This document shows, piece by piece, positions 1-9,807 of a stretch of 64,000 nt of DNA (positions are counted from its first letter, which is position 1; each line of letters starts with the position of its first letter). The notes under the pieces were generated by a model. The model saw only the letters and a list, made by a program, of their open reading frames with translations, was not told where the DNA came from and made no database searches. This stretch comes from a virus (taxonomy: Duplodnaviria > Caudoviricetes), in IMG/VR virus record IMGVR_UViG_3300024252_000005; one strand, given 5' to 3'. A program made the translations under genes and the position numbers.

Positions 1-10
1 GACATCAAAA

Positions 11-238
11 ATGCTAAGAAGAATGATTAATGAAGAAATGAATAGAGAGCGATCTATTAAACGTCGACGACGCAGACTTGCTGAAAGCGCTGATCGACCT
101 GTACGTGTAACGCCTCAGTATATTAATCGTCTTATTAGAGAAGAGTATGCAGCATTTCAAAAGAAGCAAAGATTAGCTGAATCTCGCCGTAGAAGAGTTG
201 CAAATGCAAGTCGTAGAAGAGCTTTGTCTAGATATTAA
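11..238 (+). CDS. Arg-rich small protein, possibly 5'-truncated (putative core/DNA-binding head protein)
   Basis: Frame is open back to the window start; internal repeat RRRRRLAES / RLAESRRRR and INEE/LIREE motifs. Confidence 0.5.
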   Translation: MLRRMINEEMNRERSIKRRRRRLAESADRPVRVTPQYINRLIREEYAAFQKKQRLAESRRRRVANASRRRALSRY

Positions 239-333
239 TTTTTTAAAAAAAGTTATAAAAATATAAGTTAATGCATATATTATTAATCGCATTCGATATC
301 GCATATTAATAAATTATTTCGAAAGGATTAAAG

Positions 334-663
334 ATGCAATTAGCACCAGAACAAGTTCAATCAATTAATGTTTTACTTTCCGCAGTACAGGTAGCACAGC
401 GTCGTGGCGCTTTTTCTTTGCAAGATGCACATACATTGCAAGAGGCAATTGATGCTTTGGTACCGCGTGAGGAGCAAGAGAGACAAGCAGCTGCATCACA
501 GGCTGCCGACGCAGAGGGTGGTGAAGGCGAATCAGCAGTGAGTATGCCTGAGGGTGTAGAGGTAGATGTAGCTGATGGAGATGAAGATTGCTGTGATGAT
601 GAAGAATGTGACAGTGATGATGATTGTGAGCCGGCTGCAGATTCTGAGCAAGATTTAGTTTAG
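334..663 (+). CDS. Hypothetical protein with acidic Asp/Glu/Cys-rich tail
   Basis: ORF with AAGGA SD; followed by a terminator-like hairpin. Confidence 0.7.
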   Translation: MQLAPEQVQSINVLLSAVQVAQRRGAFSLQDAHTLQEAIDALVPREEQERQAAASQAADAEGGEGESAVSMPEGVEVDVADGDEDCCDDEECDSDDDCEPAADSEQDLV

Positions 664-697
664 GTAGCGTTAGTATATAAAATATTCGAATATTTTT

Positions 698-724
698 GGG
701 CGCGTTGTGAAAATGCGCCTTTTT
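698..724 (+). terminator. Rho-independent terminator
   Basis: GGGCGCGT-tgtgaaa-ATGCGCCT stem followed by a T run, just after the 334..663 stop. Confidence 0.7.
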
Positions 725-740
725 AGTAATATATAGTTTT

Positions 741-815
741 AGGCCCGTTGCGAACATAACAGCTGACCCCGCCAGTGCATCGGAATCATGCGGACAAGTT
801 TATCCTAAAAGGAGG
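741..815 (+). ncRNA. Candidate structured 5' leader RNA (possible pseudoknot)
   Basis: GC-rich island in an AT-rich intergenic region; 745-751 pairs with 777-783, 763-765 with 773-775, loop CCGC 769-772 with GCGG 790-793. Confidence 0.35.
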
Positions 816-820
816 AAGTT

Positions 821-1072
821 ATGGCAGAAGAAAAGAAAGCTGCACCAAAGCAGAAAAAGAAAGCTGCAGTCTCAAAAAAAGAGGCACCAAAACCAGCGGC
901 TGAAAAAACAGTGTCTAGTAATAAACTTAAAGTTGGTACTTTAGTTATTACAAATAGAGAAAAAGAATGTAAAGTACTGGAAGTAGTTAGTGACAATCTT
1001 TTTTTGCTTAAAAGAACAGATGACACAGGTAAATTATATAGCTTAACCAAAGATCAATTCAATATTAAATAA
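821..1072 (+). CDS. Hypothetical Lys/Ala-rich protein
   Basis: Strong GGAGG SD; basic low-complexity N-terminus and small beta-rich C-terminal domain. Confidence 0.75.
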   Translation: MAEEKKAAPKQKKKAAVSKKEAPKPAAEKTVSSNKLKVGTLVITNREKECKVLEVVSDNLFLLKRTDDTGKLYSLTKDQFNIK

Positions 1073-1084
1073 TAAGGAGAAAAA

Positions 1085-1591
1085 ATGCCAAAAGTAATAG
1101 TAACAGATTCAAAAGGTCTATATCAAGAGACAGGTTCAGGTGTTGATATTCAAAGCACATGTACAATTAGAGCAGCAAAAATACAAAATGTAAATACAGC
1201 AAAAAACCTAACTGCAGCTGATTGTGGAACAATAATTTTAGGTGCTGCAATAGGCACAGCTCAGGCCGCCGATACAGGATTTAATGTAAATTTGCCGGCT
1301 CCAGCAGCAGGTTTAAGTTTTCATTTTATTCTTAGACCACCTTCGATAGCAGATAATGCTAATGCAGCAATTACAGTTACAACAACTTCAGACGGAACTA
1401 CAGCTGCAAACTTAGCTGTGGGTATGGTTACTGTAAATGAAGTACCAACAAACGTTGTAGGTGTTGTAGACGTTTTAACTTTTGTCCATAACGCAGCAAC
1501 TTGTGGAGACAATGCAAAATTTATTTCTGACGGAACGAACTGGTTCGTTCAGGCAACGGGAGATGCTGCTGGATCTGTTACATTAGCTTAA
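1085..1591 (+). CDS. Putative virion structural / capsid decoration protein
   Basis: AGGAG SD; Ala/Thr/Gly-rich beta protein ending in DGTNWFV; located in the head-neck region. Confidence 0.5.
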   Translation: MPKVIVTDSKGLYQETGSGVDIQSTCTIRAAKIQNVNTAKNLTAADCGTIILGAAIGTAQAADTGFNVNLPAPAAGLSFHFILRPPSIADNANAAITVTTTSDGTTAANLAVGMVTVNEVPTNVVGVVDVLTFVHNAATCGDNAKFISDGTNWFVQATGDAAGSVTLA

Positions 1592-1632
1592 TCGTAATAG
1601 ATTTGATAATAAAAAGTTTCTAACGACATTTT

Positions 1633-1673
1633 AAACCTCTGACAGTAACACAAAAAGTATTGCAGAGGTTTTT
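1633..1673 (+). terminator. Rho-independent terminator
   Basis: AAACCTCTG (1633-1641) / CAGAGGTTT (1663-1671) inverted repeat ending in a T run. Confidence 0.6.
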
Positions 1674-1747
1674 GAGTATATAGAGATTGATAATTTAATT
1701 ATTTTATAAGTGCTTTTATATTTATAGACTAAATATAAGAGGATTTT

Positions 1748-3127
1748 ATGAGAAAAGATAGGTTATTAGAGAGTTATATAAGATCTTATCTGATTAAAGA
1801 GTCAATAAGCTCTGATGATCATGATGACATAGAAGACGCTGTTAGTAGACTTAAAAGAGCACTTTCAAGCAGAGGCATGTCTTTAGAATCTTTAAACTTC
1901 ACTTCAGAAATGATATGTAATGTAAGAGATCGAAAACCCGTTAAAGATCTAGGCCAAATCAAAAGAGACAAGCCAGAATCTTGGGAGTTAAGGGATGACA
2001 GAGAAGAATCAAAGTCATATGCAGATATACTCGCTAATAAAAAAGAATTAAATGTCGGACTTGGCTTTAATCCTTTCAATGCTTTAAGTTCAAAGAACAG
2101 CTATTACGTAGAAAGAATAGAAGAGTTTATAAATATATTAGACACTTTTGATAGAAACTTAATGGTAAAAAATAGATCAAATAACATGTCTAATTTTTTG
2201 AAAAACGTACTTTTGTTTAAAGAAGCAGTTGAAGAAGCTGGATTAAAAGTTTTAGGTGCTGGTATATTTAGGATTGCTTTGATCGACCCGTCAAATAAAA
2301 GCGTTGTATTAAAGATAGGATTATCAGAAAAAGGAAGAAAAGATTGCAAAACTGAGATTGAGCATTCTATGGGAAGGGGTAAAGGAAGAAGACAGCATAC
2401 AAAGAATTTCCCCACAATATATCATTACGACAAAGAAGACTTTTCTTGGTATGCTATTGAAAAAGTTTTATTTATTGATGACGATACTTTTAATAATCCT
2501 CCACCTGATTTCTTTACAGATATTAAAAGTCAATTTAGAACAACATTTAAATTCTTTAAAAAACTAAAAGCTTCTCTTCCAGCAAATTCAGCACAAAACA
2601 TTCAGCTAATTGATATATTTGAAAAGTATATTTCATCTATGTTTAAGTTTGGCAAAGGTGAAATTGATCAAGCACATAAAGAATATGATGAAGAAATAAG
2701 CAAACAAAGGAATGGTAAGCTTGCAAACTTTATTAAAGATTTTATTGAAAAGATTAAAACTATTATTTTTGGTGTAAACTTAAGCAACAAAAAATCAAAA
2801 TTTAAAGTACCTGAGCAAGAAGTATATAATAACTTATTTAAGAATCATATGCTGAAATTTGTAGAAAACTTCGCACATGCAGCTACAGAAAACATGTCAA
2901 AGCAAAAGAAGATACAAGTATTTATAAAAATATTAAACAAGTTAGACACAATGTCACAAAGTGAGTTTAATAAGATATCAGGTGAGCTATATAATCTTTT
3001 TGATCATGCAATAGTTGCAAACTTAAAAGATATTCACTTAGGGAATGTAGGATTTAAAAAAGTCTTAGATGACGAAACTTATGAAGAAAAATGGAAGTTA
3101 ATTTTCACTGATATTGACTCTAATTAA
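1748..3127 (+). CDS. Atypical protein-kinase-fold protein
   Basis: Gly loop LGAGIFRIA, VVLKIG lysine, catalytic loop DIHLGN, C-terminal FTD metal-binding equivalent. Confidence 0.6.
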   Translation: MRKDRLLESYIRSYLIKESISSDDHDDIEDAVSRLKRALSSRGMSLESLNFTSEMICNVRDRKPVKDLGQIKRDKPESWELRDDREESKSYADILANKKELNVGLGFNPFNALSSKNSYYVERIEEFINILDTFDRNLMVKNRSNNMSNFLKNVLLFKEAVEEAGLKVLGAGIFRIALIDPSNKSVVLKIGLSEKGRKDCKTEIEHSMGRGKGRRQHTKNFPTIYHYDKEDFSWYAIEKVLFIDDDTFNNPPPDFFTDIKSQFRTTFKFFKKLKASLPANSAQNIQLIDIFEKYISSMFKFGKGEIDQAHKEYDEEISKQRNGKLANFIKDFIEKIKTIIFGVNLSNKKSKFKVPEQEVYNNLFKNHMLKFVENFAHAATENMSKQKKIQVFIKILNKLDTMSQSEFNKISGELYNLFDHAIVANLKDIHLGNVGFKKVLDDETYEEKWKLIFTDIDSN

Positions 3128-3184
3128 GTTTTTTATTATACAAACCTATAATTACTAATAATAGAATAGTTATAGGAGTTTTTT

Positions 3185-4711
3185 ATGTCAACGTTTGCAT
3201 TAACAACAAAGGCAACACCTTTTGGAGTTTATGATAATGATTCTCATTTTCAAGAAGACGCAGATGGTGTCGTACTATATGTTAAGAGAAGACTTGGCGA
3301 CGACGTTCTATCTGTTGAGCTAACAAATAAACAAATATGGGCAAACTTTGAAGAGTCTGCTCTTGAATTCTCAAAACAAATTAATGCTCACCAAGCTGAG
3401 TCTTATATGTCAAATATCCTCGGCTTGAACGCAGGACCAAATGTCACATTTAAGAAAAATGACTTTGGACATTACTACTGGCTAGATACAGCACATAAAG
3501 AAGACGATAGGATTCATGATGCTGCAAGCAACTTAGACGATAGAAAAAACGTTCAAGTACTTTTAGTACAAAACCCTTCAGATCCTAGATTTAGGTTGCA
3601 AAATAAAAAAGGTAAGTATAAGACAATAGGACCTGATGATAGTCTTACTATAGCTATTACAAGAAATATTGAAGCTCATACAGATACAGCAACTACAGTA
3701 TCACCTATAGAAGATAAAAAAGTTGGCCCTAATGGCCAAGAACAGAAGTTTCCAAGAGAAACTTTGGAGTACTTGTTAAGAAGAGCAGAACCTTATGCAT
3801 CTGAAGCATTTGTTGGCGGCGTTAGCAACTCTTTAAGAGGTTATATACCTTTAACACAAGACAAGCAAGATTACAACATATACGAAGATATGATAATTCC
3901 CGATGGCACAAATGAGCTAACGTTATCTTCTTTTAACGGAGACCCAGCACAAAAATCTTTATTTAATCCAGTCTATAAGGATAAGTTGTTACCTACAGCT
4001 ACAGCAACAAAAATAAAAGTTAATGAAGTTTTTCACTTTTCACCCCAAGCAGCTTATCGTTTCTTTGACACTACATCAGCTATCAACTATTTGAACAATC
4101 AGTTTTCTTTTGAGTCGTTTACACCAGAAACAGTTTTCTATGTGTTACCTGTCTTTGAAGACTTATTAAGGGCAGGCCAGCTAGATATATCTAATAGAGT
4201 AAGAAGAAGTAATTACAGCTATAGGATTCAAGGACAAGAGATTAGAATATACCCACGTCCAACTCAGTCAAACCCTATGAACTTATTCGTCAAGTTTTCT
4301 TTTCCTTCAGATCCTTTTAAGCCAAACTTACCTTACGATGATGATTCAATTGAAGGCGTTTCAAACTTATCAAATGTGCCTTTTGATAATGTTTCTTATA
4401 GCGGTATAAATCAAATGTCAAGACAATGGATAAGGCAATATACTTTAGCGTTATGCAAAGAGACACTTGGTCTTATTAGATCAAAGTTTAGTTCAGTGCC
4501 TATTCCAGGAAGTGATGTACAACTAAATGGATCTGATTTAATAAGTCAAGGTAGAGAAGACAGACAGAGATTAGCTGAATCGTTAGGCGAAACTTTAGAC
4601 AAGTTAACATATCAAAAGTTATTAGAGACAGATGCAGCTCAAAGTGAATCAATGATGAACATACTTAAGAGAGTACCTATTCCTAACGGAAGAGCAATAA
4701 TTATAGGATAG
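3185..4711 (+). CDS. Neck / head-tail adaptor protein (T4 gp13-like)
   Basis: C-terminal WIRQYTLALCKETLGLIRSKF..PIPG..V.LNG signature; position upstream of the sheath genes. Confidence 0.65.
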   Translation: MSTFALTTKATPFGVYDNDSHFQEDADGVVLYVKRRLGDDVLSVELTNKQIWANFEESALEFSKQINAHQAESYMSNILGLNAGPNVTFKKNDFGHYYWLDTAHKEDDRIHDAASNLDDRKNVQVLLVQNPSDPRFRLQNKKGKYKTIGPDDSLTIAITRNIEAHTDTATTVSPIEDKKVGPNGQEQKFPRETLEYLLRRAEPYASEAFVGGVSNSLRGYIPLTQDKQDYNIYEDMIIPDGTNELTLSSFNGDPAQKSLFNPVYKDKLLPTATATKIKVNEVFHFSPQAAYRFFDTTSAINYLNNQFSFESFTPETVFYVLPVFEDLLRAGQLDISNRVRRSNYSYRIQGQEIRIYPRPTQSNPMNLFVKFSFPSDPFKPNLPYDDDSIEGVSNLSNVPFDNVSYSGINQMSRQWIRQYTLALCKETLGLIRSKFSSVPIPGSDVQLNGSDLISQGREDRQRLAESLGETLDKLTYQKLLETDAAQSESMMNILKRVPIPNGRAIIIG

Positions 4712-4715
4712 TAAG

Positions 4716-5372
4716 ATGCCAAGATTATTTTTAGGTCAGAGAGAAGCAGATTTCTTTTCTGATATAACAAAAGAGATTATAAAAGATGTTGCTGGTCAAA
4801 AAATATATTACTATACTGTAAGAGAAGACCTGAGTGACATTCATGATGTTTATGAAGAATCACTTAATAAAATATTCAATCCACCTGTTGAAATAGAGAG
4901 TCTTGTTGAATGGCAACCTTCTGAAGTAAAGACAACTCAGTTTGGTCATGAGCAAATAAAAACAATCAGTGCATTTGTTCATAATAGAGACTTGATTGAT
5001 AGAGGTATCAATATAAGACAAGGTGATTATATCTCTTATGGAGAATACTTTTTTGAAATAACTTCAGTTATCTATGATAAGCTAGCTTATGGTCAAGTTG
5101 AAAGAGTTGTCTCGGTTAAGTTGATGGCTAAGCAAACTCGTGAAGAGCATATTAAAAAGAAAGCTCTTGGTCCTACTTCTGAGTCTTACATTAATGACGA
5201 TGCTATTCAAACAACATTTGAACAGCAAAGAGGAACAACAGCATCTGATAAACGTCAATTAGTCGAAGATGGAGTTTTAGATGCACCTATAAGTGGACCA
5301 AAAAAAGTTGCTCCTGATGGAACAAAAAAGAGTGTTAATGATATGGGTTTTTCTTTCTATGGAGATGAATAA
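4716..5372 (+). CDS. Neck / head completion protein (T4 gp14-like)
   Basis: Synteny; DVYEES...F..PVEI and RQGDYISYG..FFEI motifs. Confidence 0.55.
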   Translation: MPRLFLGQREADFFSDITKEIIKDVAGQKIYYYTVREDLSDIHDVYEESLNKIFNPPVEIESLVEWQPSEVKTTQFGHEQIKTISAFVHNRDLIDRGINIRQGDYISYGEYFFEITSVIYDKLAYGQVERVVSVKLMAKQTREEHIKKKALGPTSESYINDDAIQTTFEQQRGTTASDKRQLVEDGVLDAPISGPKKVAPDGTKKSVNDMGFSFYGDE

Positions 5373-5374
5373 AA

Positions 5375-6595
5375 ATGGCAACAAGATTTGACAAACTAAA
5401 AGAAGATAACAACTCAATAGTTTCAGGCTATGAAGGTAATACGCATCCAGAAGATTATACAATTCCTTCTTGCGGTTTAGAAGATCTAGATTATGCTATA
5501 TTCAATCTTTTCAATTCACAGATACCTTTGTATTATGATCATCATGGTGAACAAAAAAAGGTCCCAGTTATATTTGCAACAGGTGAAAGATTTGCAATTC
5601 TAAGAAGAAATAAACCTTTAACAGACAAAAAAGGTGCACTTATTCTTCCACTTATATCTATTACAAGAAGTGGTTTAGACAACGTACCACAAAAAGGAAT
5701 TGCAAACAACCAAATGTTTCCTGAAGTAATGACAAGGAGAATATCAAGAGATAACACAGAATGGCGACAGTTAAACAACTTCGAAGGGTTCGAACATATA
5801 ACACATACTGTCAAAAAAAATCAAACAGACTTCAATCTAAAACCTCAATTAGAAAACAATATATACGAAACAATTGAGATTCCGCCGGTTAAATATTTTG
5901 GTGCGACATATGAAATATCTGTTTGGTCTTCTTTTACGCAGCAGATGAACAATATTATAACGACAATAATGAGCGCATATACAATTAATCCCGGCCAGCA
6001 ATTTAGAGTTGAAAGTAAATCAGGATATTGGTTTCCTGCATTTATTGAGTCTTCATTCAATCAAGATGCAAACTATCAGGACTTTACAGATGCTGAAAGG
6101 TATATAAAGTATAATATGACAATGACAGCAACCGGTTATATTTTGGCACCTAACATTATGAATGGAAAAGTTGCTTTAAAGTCAATGATATCAGCACCTA
6201 CGCTTTCTTTTGAGACTCTAGTAGATGACTTAGATGCATTTCCAACTGTTGGCGGGATTCCTGTAAATGACCCTAATGCTAGGATACTTGATGATTTGAG
6301 ACATGAAGGAGATACTAATATAGCACAAAGAGTAGGAGCTGATCCTATTAGTTCTTTAGAGAGTCTACATAGCGGAGACAAATCAGGAGCATTTATAACA
6401 GGCGAATCTGACTTATTGCCTTATGATGTTGTTGGTGAAAGAAGTAGTAGAGCAACAAAGAAGAGAAAAGTTTTGATTAAAGATAAAAACGGTGAAACTG
6501 TAACAATTAAAGCTGATGTTATATCTAATGGAGAAACAATTTACGATCAAAAGTATGCTGAAAAAGTATTTAATATTTCAAATAGAGATAAATAA
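5375..6595 (+). CDS. Tail terminator / sheath stabiliser (T4 gp15-like)
   Basis: Synteny immediately before the sheath; VPVIFATGERF and LILPLISITR motifs. Confidence 0.55.
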   Translation: MATRFDKLKEDNNSIVSGYEGNTHPEDYTIPSCGLEDLDYAIFNLFNSQIPLYYDHHGEQKKVPVIFATGERFAILRRNKPLTDKKGALILPLISITRSGLDNVPQKGIANNQMFPEVMTRRISRDNTEWRQLNNFEGFEHITHTVKKNQTDFNLKPQLENNIYETIEIPPVKYFGATYEISVWSSFTQQMNNIITTIMSAYTINPGQQFRVESKSGYWFPAFIESSFNQDANYQDFTDAERYIKYNMTMTATGYILAPNIMNGKVALKSMISAPTLSFETLVDDLDAFPTVGGIPVNDPNARILDDLRHEGDTNIAQRVGADPISSLESLHSGDKSGAFITGESDLLPYDVVGERSSRATKKRKVLIKDKNGETVTIKADVISNGETIYDQKYAEKVFNISNRDK

Positions 6596-6662
6596 TAGAT
6601 AAATAGATAATATCATGTATAATTAGATAATGTAAAAGATTTTAGATATTAGGAGTACTAGT

Positions 6663-9600
6663 ATGGCAGAGCAGACATTTAAGTCTCCAGGCTTTTTTGA
6701 ACGTGAAATAGAAGTAATTAAAAGACCTATAGTAAGAAATAATAGTGTACCAGTTGGATTAGTTGGACCGTCTGTAAGAGGCCCTGCTTTTGTGCCCACT
6801 ACAGTATACTCAAGAGAAGAATTTATTAGAATATTTGGAGCACCTAGCAGAAGATTGCTAAGTGGACACGCAGCAGCAGAATTTTTTAGAAACGACGGCA
6901 AAGCATTAACATTTTGTAGGACACTAGGATCAGGAGTTTTCAACTCATCAACAGATAAATCAGCAGGTGCTGGATTTAAACTAACTCATACTTATAATAA
7001 TAACACTGATGCAGAACCAGCTTTTGGCGCAGTAAGATTTATTGCAGCTCAACACACAGTAGTTAATCCAGAGTTTTTAAGTCTTGGTATTTTTAACGAC
7101 AATGATTCACATACAACAACTGCTGATTTATTAGGAGGTGTCTTAGACAGTGATGCATCAAATGATAGCACACATCCTCTAGAAGGCATTGGCGAAGGCG
7201 GAGGTACTGCTGATTTTACTGTTGAACTAGTAAGAGCAATGATTTTTACTCATAAAGATTATACAACTACAGTTACAGCTAATGGCTCCGGTAATGATCA
7301 TGTTGCTGCTTCAAGCTCTAAGTTTACTATATATCTAATAGAAACAGGTAACATTGGGAGCCCTGCAACTATTAGCTATGAAGTTTCTTTGGATCCAGAA
7401 GCTTCTGACTATATTGCGAACGTTTTAAATACAGATCCTCTTTCATTTGACGATAAAAAGCATATGTTATATGCACATTTCCCAGTTGACGCCGCAGTTG
7501 CTTCTGTTGGGTCAGGTAATGTTGCAGTTCTTCAAGGAGACAGTACAAATGCACCAAAGTTTGGTAATTTTTCAAGTAGATTTGTAGCACCTAAAACTCC
7601 TAAGTTTATTTCTCAGCCATTTGGCAAAAAAGAGTATGATCTATTTCACTTTGAGTCACTTGATGATGGAGCTTATGCAAATGAAAATTATAAGATATCA
7701 ATATCTAATTTAAATGCAAGCACAGATCCAACAAATGATTTTGGCACATTTACAGTTACAATAAGAGATTTAAAAGACACTGATGAGTCTCCTATAGTTT
7801 ATGAGTCATTTACTCAGTGCTCTTTAGATCCAAATGCTACAAACTTTATTGCAAGAGTTATTGGCGATCAAAAGGTATTCTATAACTTAGATACAACTAA
7901 TCTTGATGAAAGAAGACTTGTTAGAGAAGGATCGTTTAGGAACGTTTCAACAAGAGCAAGAGTTGTAATGAGTGACGATGTACTAAAGGGTGAAGTACCA
8001 GATACAGCTCTTCCTTTTGGTTATAGAGGAGTTCCTGCGTTATTACTAAACACCGGTGGAACAGACAATAGAACAGCTAATACATTATTTACTAAAGGAA
8101 GAGCTGTTGATACCCCACATTTAGATCATTCTGTTTTACCACCTCTTCCTTATAGATTCAAGATAACAAAGGGAGACATTAGAGATGGCTCTTCATATAA
8201 TCAAACATTTACAGGCGAAGCATCAGCTTTAGAAGCTGTAAGTTTTGATTTACACTGGGGACTAATGCCTACAAGAGTTAAAGACATAAATAATCCAAAT
8301 AGTGGCACAGTTTTCAATGAATTATTATCTAACTACACTAAGTTCTTAGGAGCTGATGGTGATGTTGTAAAGACAGGCGCAATTGCTGACTCTCATAATA
8401 ATAACAAGTTTAGTTTGGCAAAGGTTGCTTTAAACAAAACATCGCTTTCAGATATTACTGGAACAATAAACGATATATTTAAAAATGCTGTATACATAAG
8501 AAATGCAGATGTTGATAAAAGTACAATATATGATTCTTCAAAGCACACTATAAAGATGGCTGCAGGAAGTGATAATTTAGCTTCTGAATTAGAAAGCGTA
8601 ACATTAACAAAGTTATTATCTGAAGATGTTGTTAAGTTTAATAAATATAGTTTAGTTGCAAAGTTTACAGCACCTTTCTATGGTGGCTTTGACGGGTTAA
8701 ACATTTTAGACAGTGACTCATACTTCATGACAGACAAAGCTGCTTCTACAGAAACAGGAGTTGGAAAAGCAACAGCATCAGGATTTCCAAGTGGTTTAGC
8801 TGGAACAACTAACGCAGTAATGCAAGGTTCAGAAGATGCTAATAACGTTATTGCTTCTTATAAGAATGCTATAAGATTAATGACAGATGATTTAGTTGTT
8901 AATCATAATGTTCTTGTTGTTCCTAACGTTAGAGATCCTTTCGTAACAGACTTTGCAAAGCGAAGAGTAGAAGAATACGGTAAAGCGCTTTATGTAATGG
9001 ACCTTCAGCAGTTTGATTCTGCTTCTACAAGAATATTTGTTAATGAAAGAGGTATTGCTTCAGGAAGAGCAGATGTTGATACAACTTCATCAAAGTTTGA
9101 TACTCGTGAGGTTAATTCATCATATGTAGCATCTTATTTCCCAGACGTAATGGTTCAGGATAGTGGAGATGATGATACAGCTGCAGAAAACAGTAGAAGA
9201 TCAATCAGGGTTCCTTCTTCAATTGTAGCTCTTGGTGCATTGGCAAAAACTGATGAGGTTTCGCAGCCCTGGTTTGCTCCTGCTGGATTTACAAGAGGAG
9301 CTCTAAATACAATTACGTCTTTGGATGTAAGATTAAACGCAGAGGATCGTGATACACTTTATGAGGCTCGAATTAATCCTATTGCAAACTTCCCTAACAA
9401 GCAATTTGTTATCTTTGGTCAGAAGACATCACAGTTAGCAAGAACTGCTTTGGATCGTGTCAACGTAAGAAGGCTCGTTTTGGAAGTGAAGCGTAGAATT
9501 GAAATTATTGCACAAGGTCTATTGTTTGAGCAAAACAACAAGACAACAAGAGATAACTTTATTGCAAATTCTTCAGGTTCATTAGCAACAATTCAGTTAG

Positions 9601-9767
9601 AGCAAGGAATTGAAGACTTTAGAGTTATTATGGATGAAACAAATAATAACGACGAAGATGTTGACAACAACAGATTGAATGGTAAGATTATTATTGTTCC
9701 AACTCGAGCAATCGAATTTATTGCAATTGATTTTGTAATTACTAATGCAGGTGTTGAATTTCCCTGA
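6663..9767 (+). CDS. Tail sheath protein 1
   Basis: N-terminal SPGFFEREI; C-terminal PWFAPAGFTRG, INPIANF, FGQKT, LDRVNVRRL, PTRAIEFIAIDF. Confidence 0.92.
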   Translation: MAEQTFKSPGFFEREIEVIKRPIVRNNSVPVGLVGPSVRGPAFVPTTVYSREEFIRIFGAPSRRLLSGHAAAEFFRNDGKALTFCRTLGSGVFNSSTDKSAGAGFKLTHTYNNNTDAEPAFGAVRFIAAQHTVVNPEFLSLGIFNDNDSHTTTADLLGGVLDSDASNDSTHPLEGIGEGGGTADFTVELVRAMIFTHKDYTTTVTANGSGNDHVAASSSKFTIYLIETGNIGSPATISYEVSLDPEASDYIANVLNTDPLSFDDKKHMLYAHFPVDAAVASVGSGNVAVLQGDSTNAPKFGNFSSRFVAPKTPKFISQPFGKKEYDLFHFESLDDGAYANENYKISISNLNASTDPTNDFGTFTVTIRDLKDTDESPIVYESFTQCSLDPNATNFIARVIGDQKVFYNLDTTNLDERRLVREGSFRNVSTRARVVMSDDVLKGEVPDTALPFGYRGVPALLLNTGGTDNRTANTLFTKGRAVDTPHLDHSVLPPLPYRFKITKGDIRDGSSYNQTFTGEASALEAVSFDLHWGLMPTRVKDINNPNSGTVFNELLSNYTKFLGADGDVVKTGAIADSHNNNKFSLAKVALNKTSLSDITGTINDIFKNAVYIRNADVDKSTIYDSSKHTIKMAAGSDNLASELESVTLTKLLSEDVVKFNKYSLVAKFTAPFYGGFDGLNILDSDSYFMTDKAASTETGVGKATASGFPSGLAGTTNAVMQGSEDANNVIASYKNAIRLMTDDLVVNHNVLVVPNVRDPFVTDFAKRRVEEYGKALYVMDLQQFDSASTRIFVNERGIASGRADVDTTSSKFDTREVNSSYVASYFPDVMVQDSGDDDTAAENSRRSIRVPSSIVALGALAKTDEVSQPWFAPAGFTRGALNTITSLDVRLNAEDRDTLYEARINPIANFPNKQFVIFGQKTSQLARTALDRVNVRRLVLEVKRRIEIIAQGLLFEQNNKTTRDNFIANSSGSLATIQLEQGIEDFRVIMDETNNNDEDVDNNRLNGKIIIVPTRAIEFIAIDFVITNAGVEFP

Positions 9768-9807
9768 TATATAGATATAAAGATTAAATTAACAGGAGAA
9801 TATAGAT

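Noticed and set aside
679-696. Perfect 18-bp palindrome AAAATATTCGAATATTTT
   Set aside because: Single copy, AT-rich and next to a terminator; no second instance to support an operator role
745-800. HDV-like (theta) ribozyme or a known riboswitch at the structured leader
   Set aside because: The helix order and conserved nucleotides do not fit the HDV, SAM-II, ZTP, fluoride or guanidine-III consensus as I recall them; kept only as an unassigned candidate
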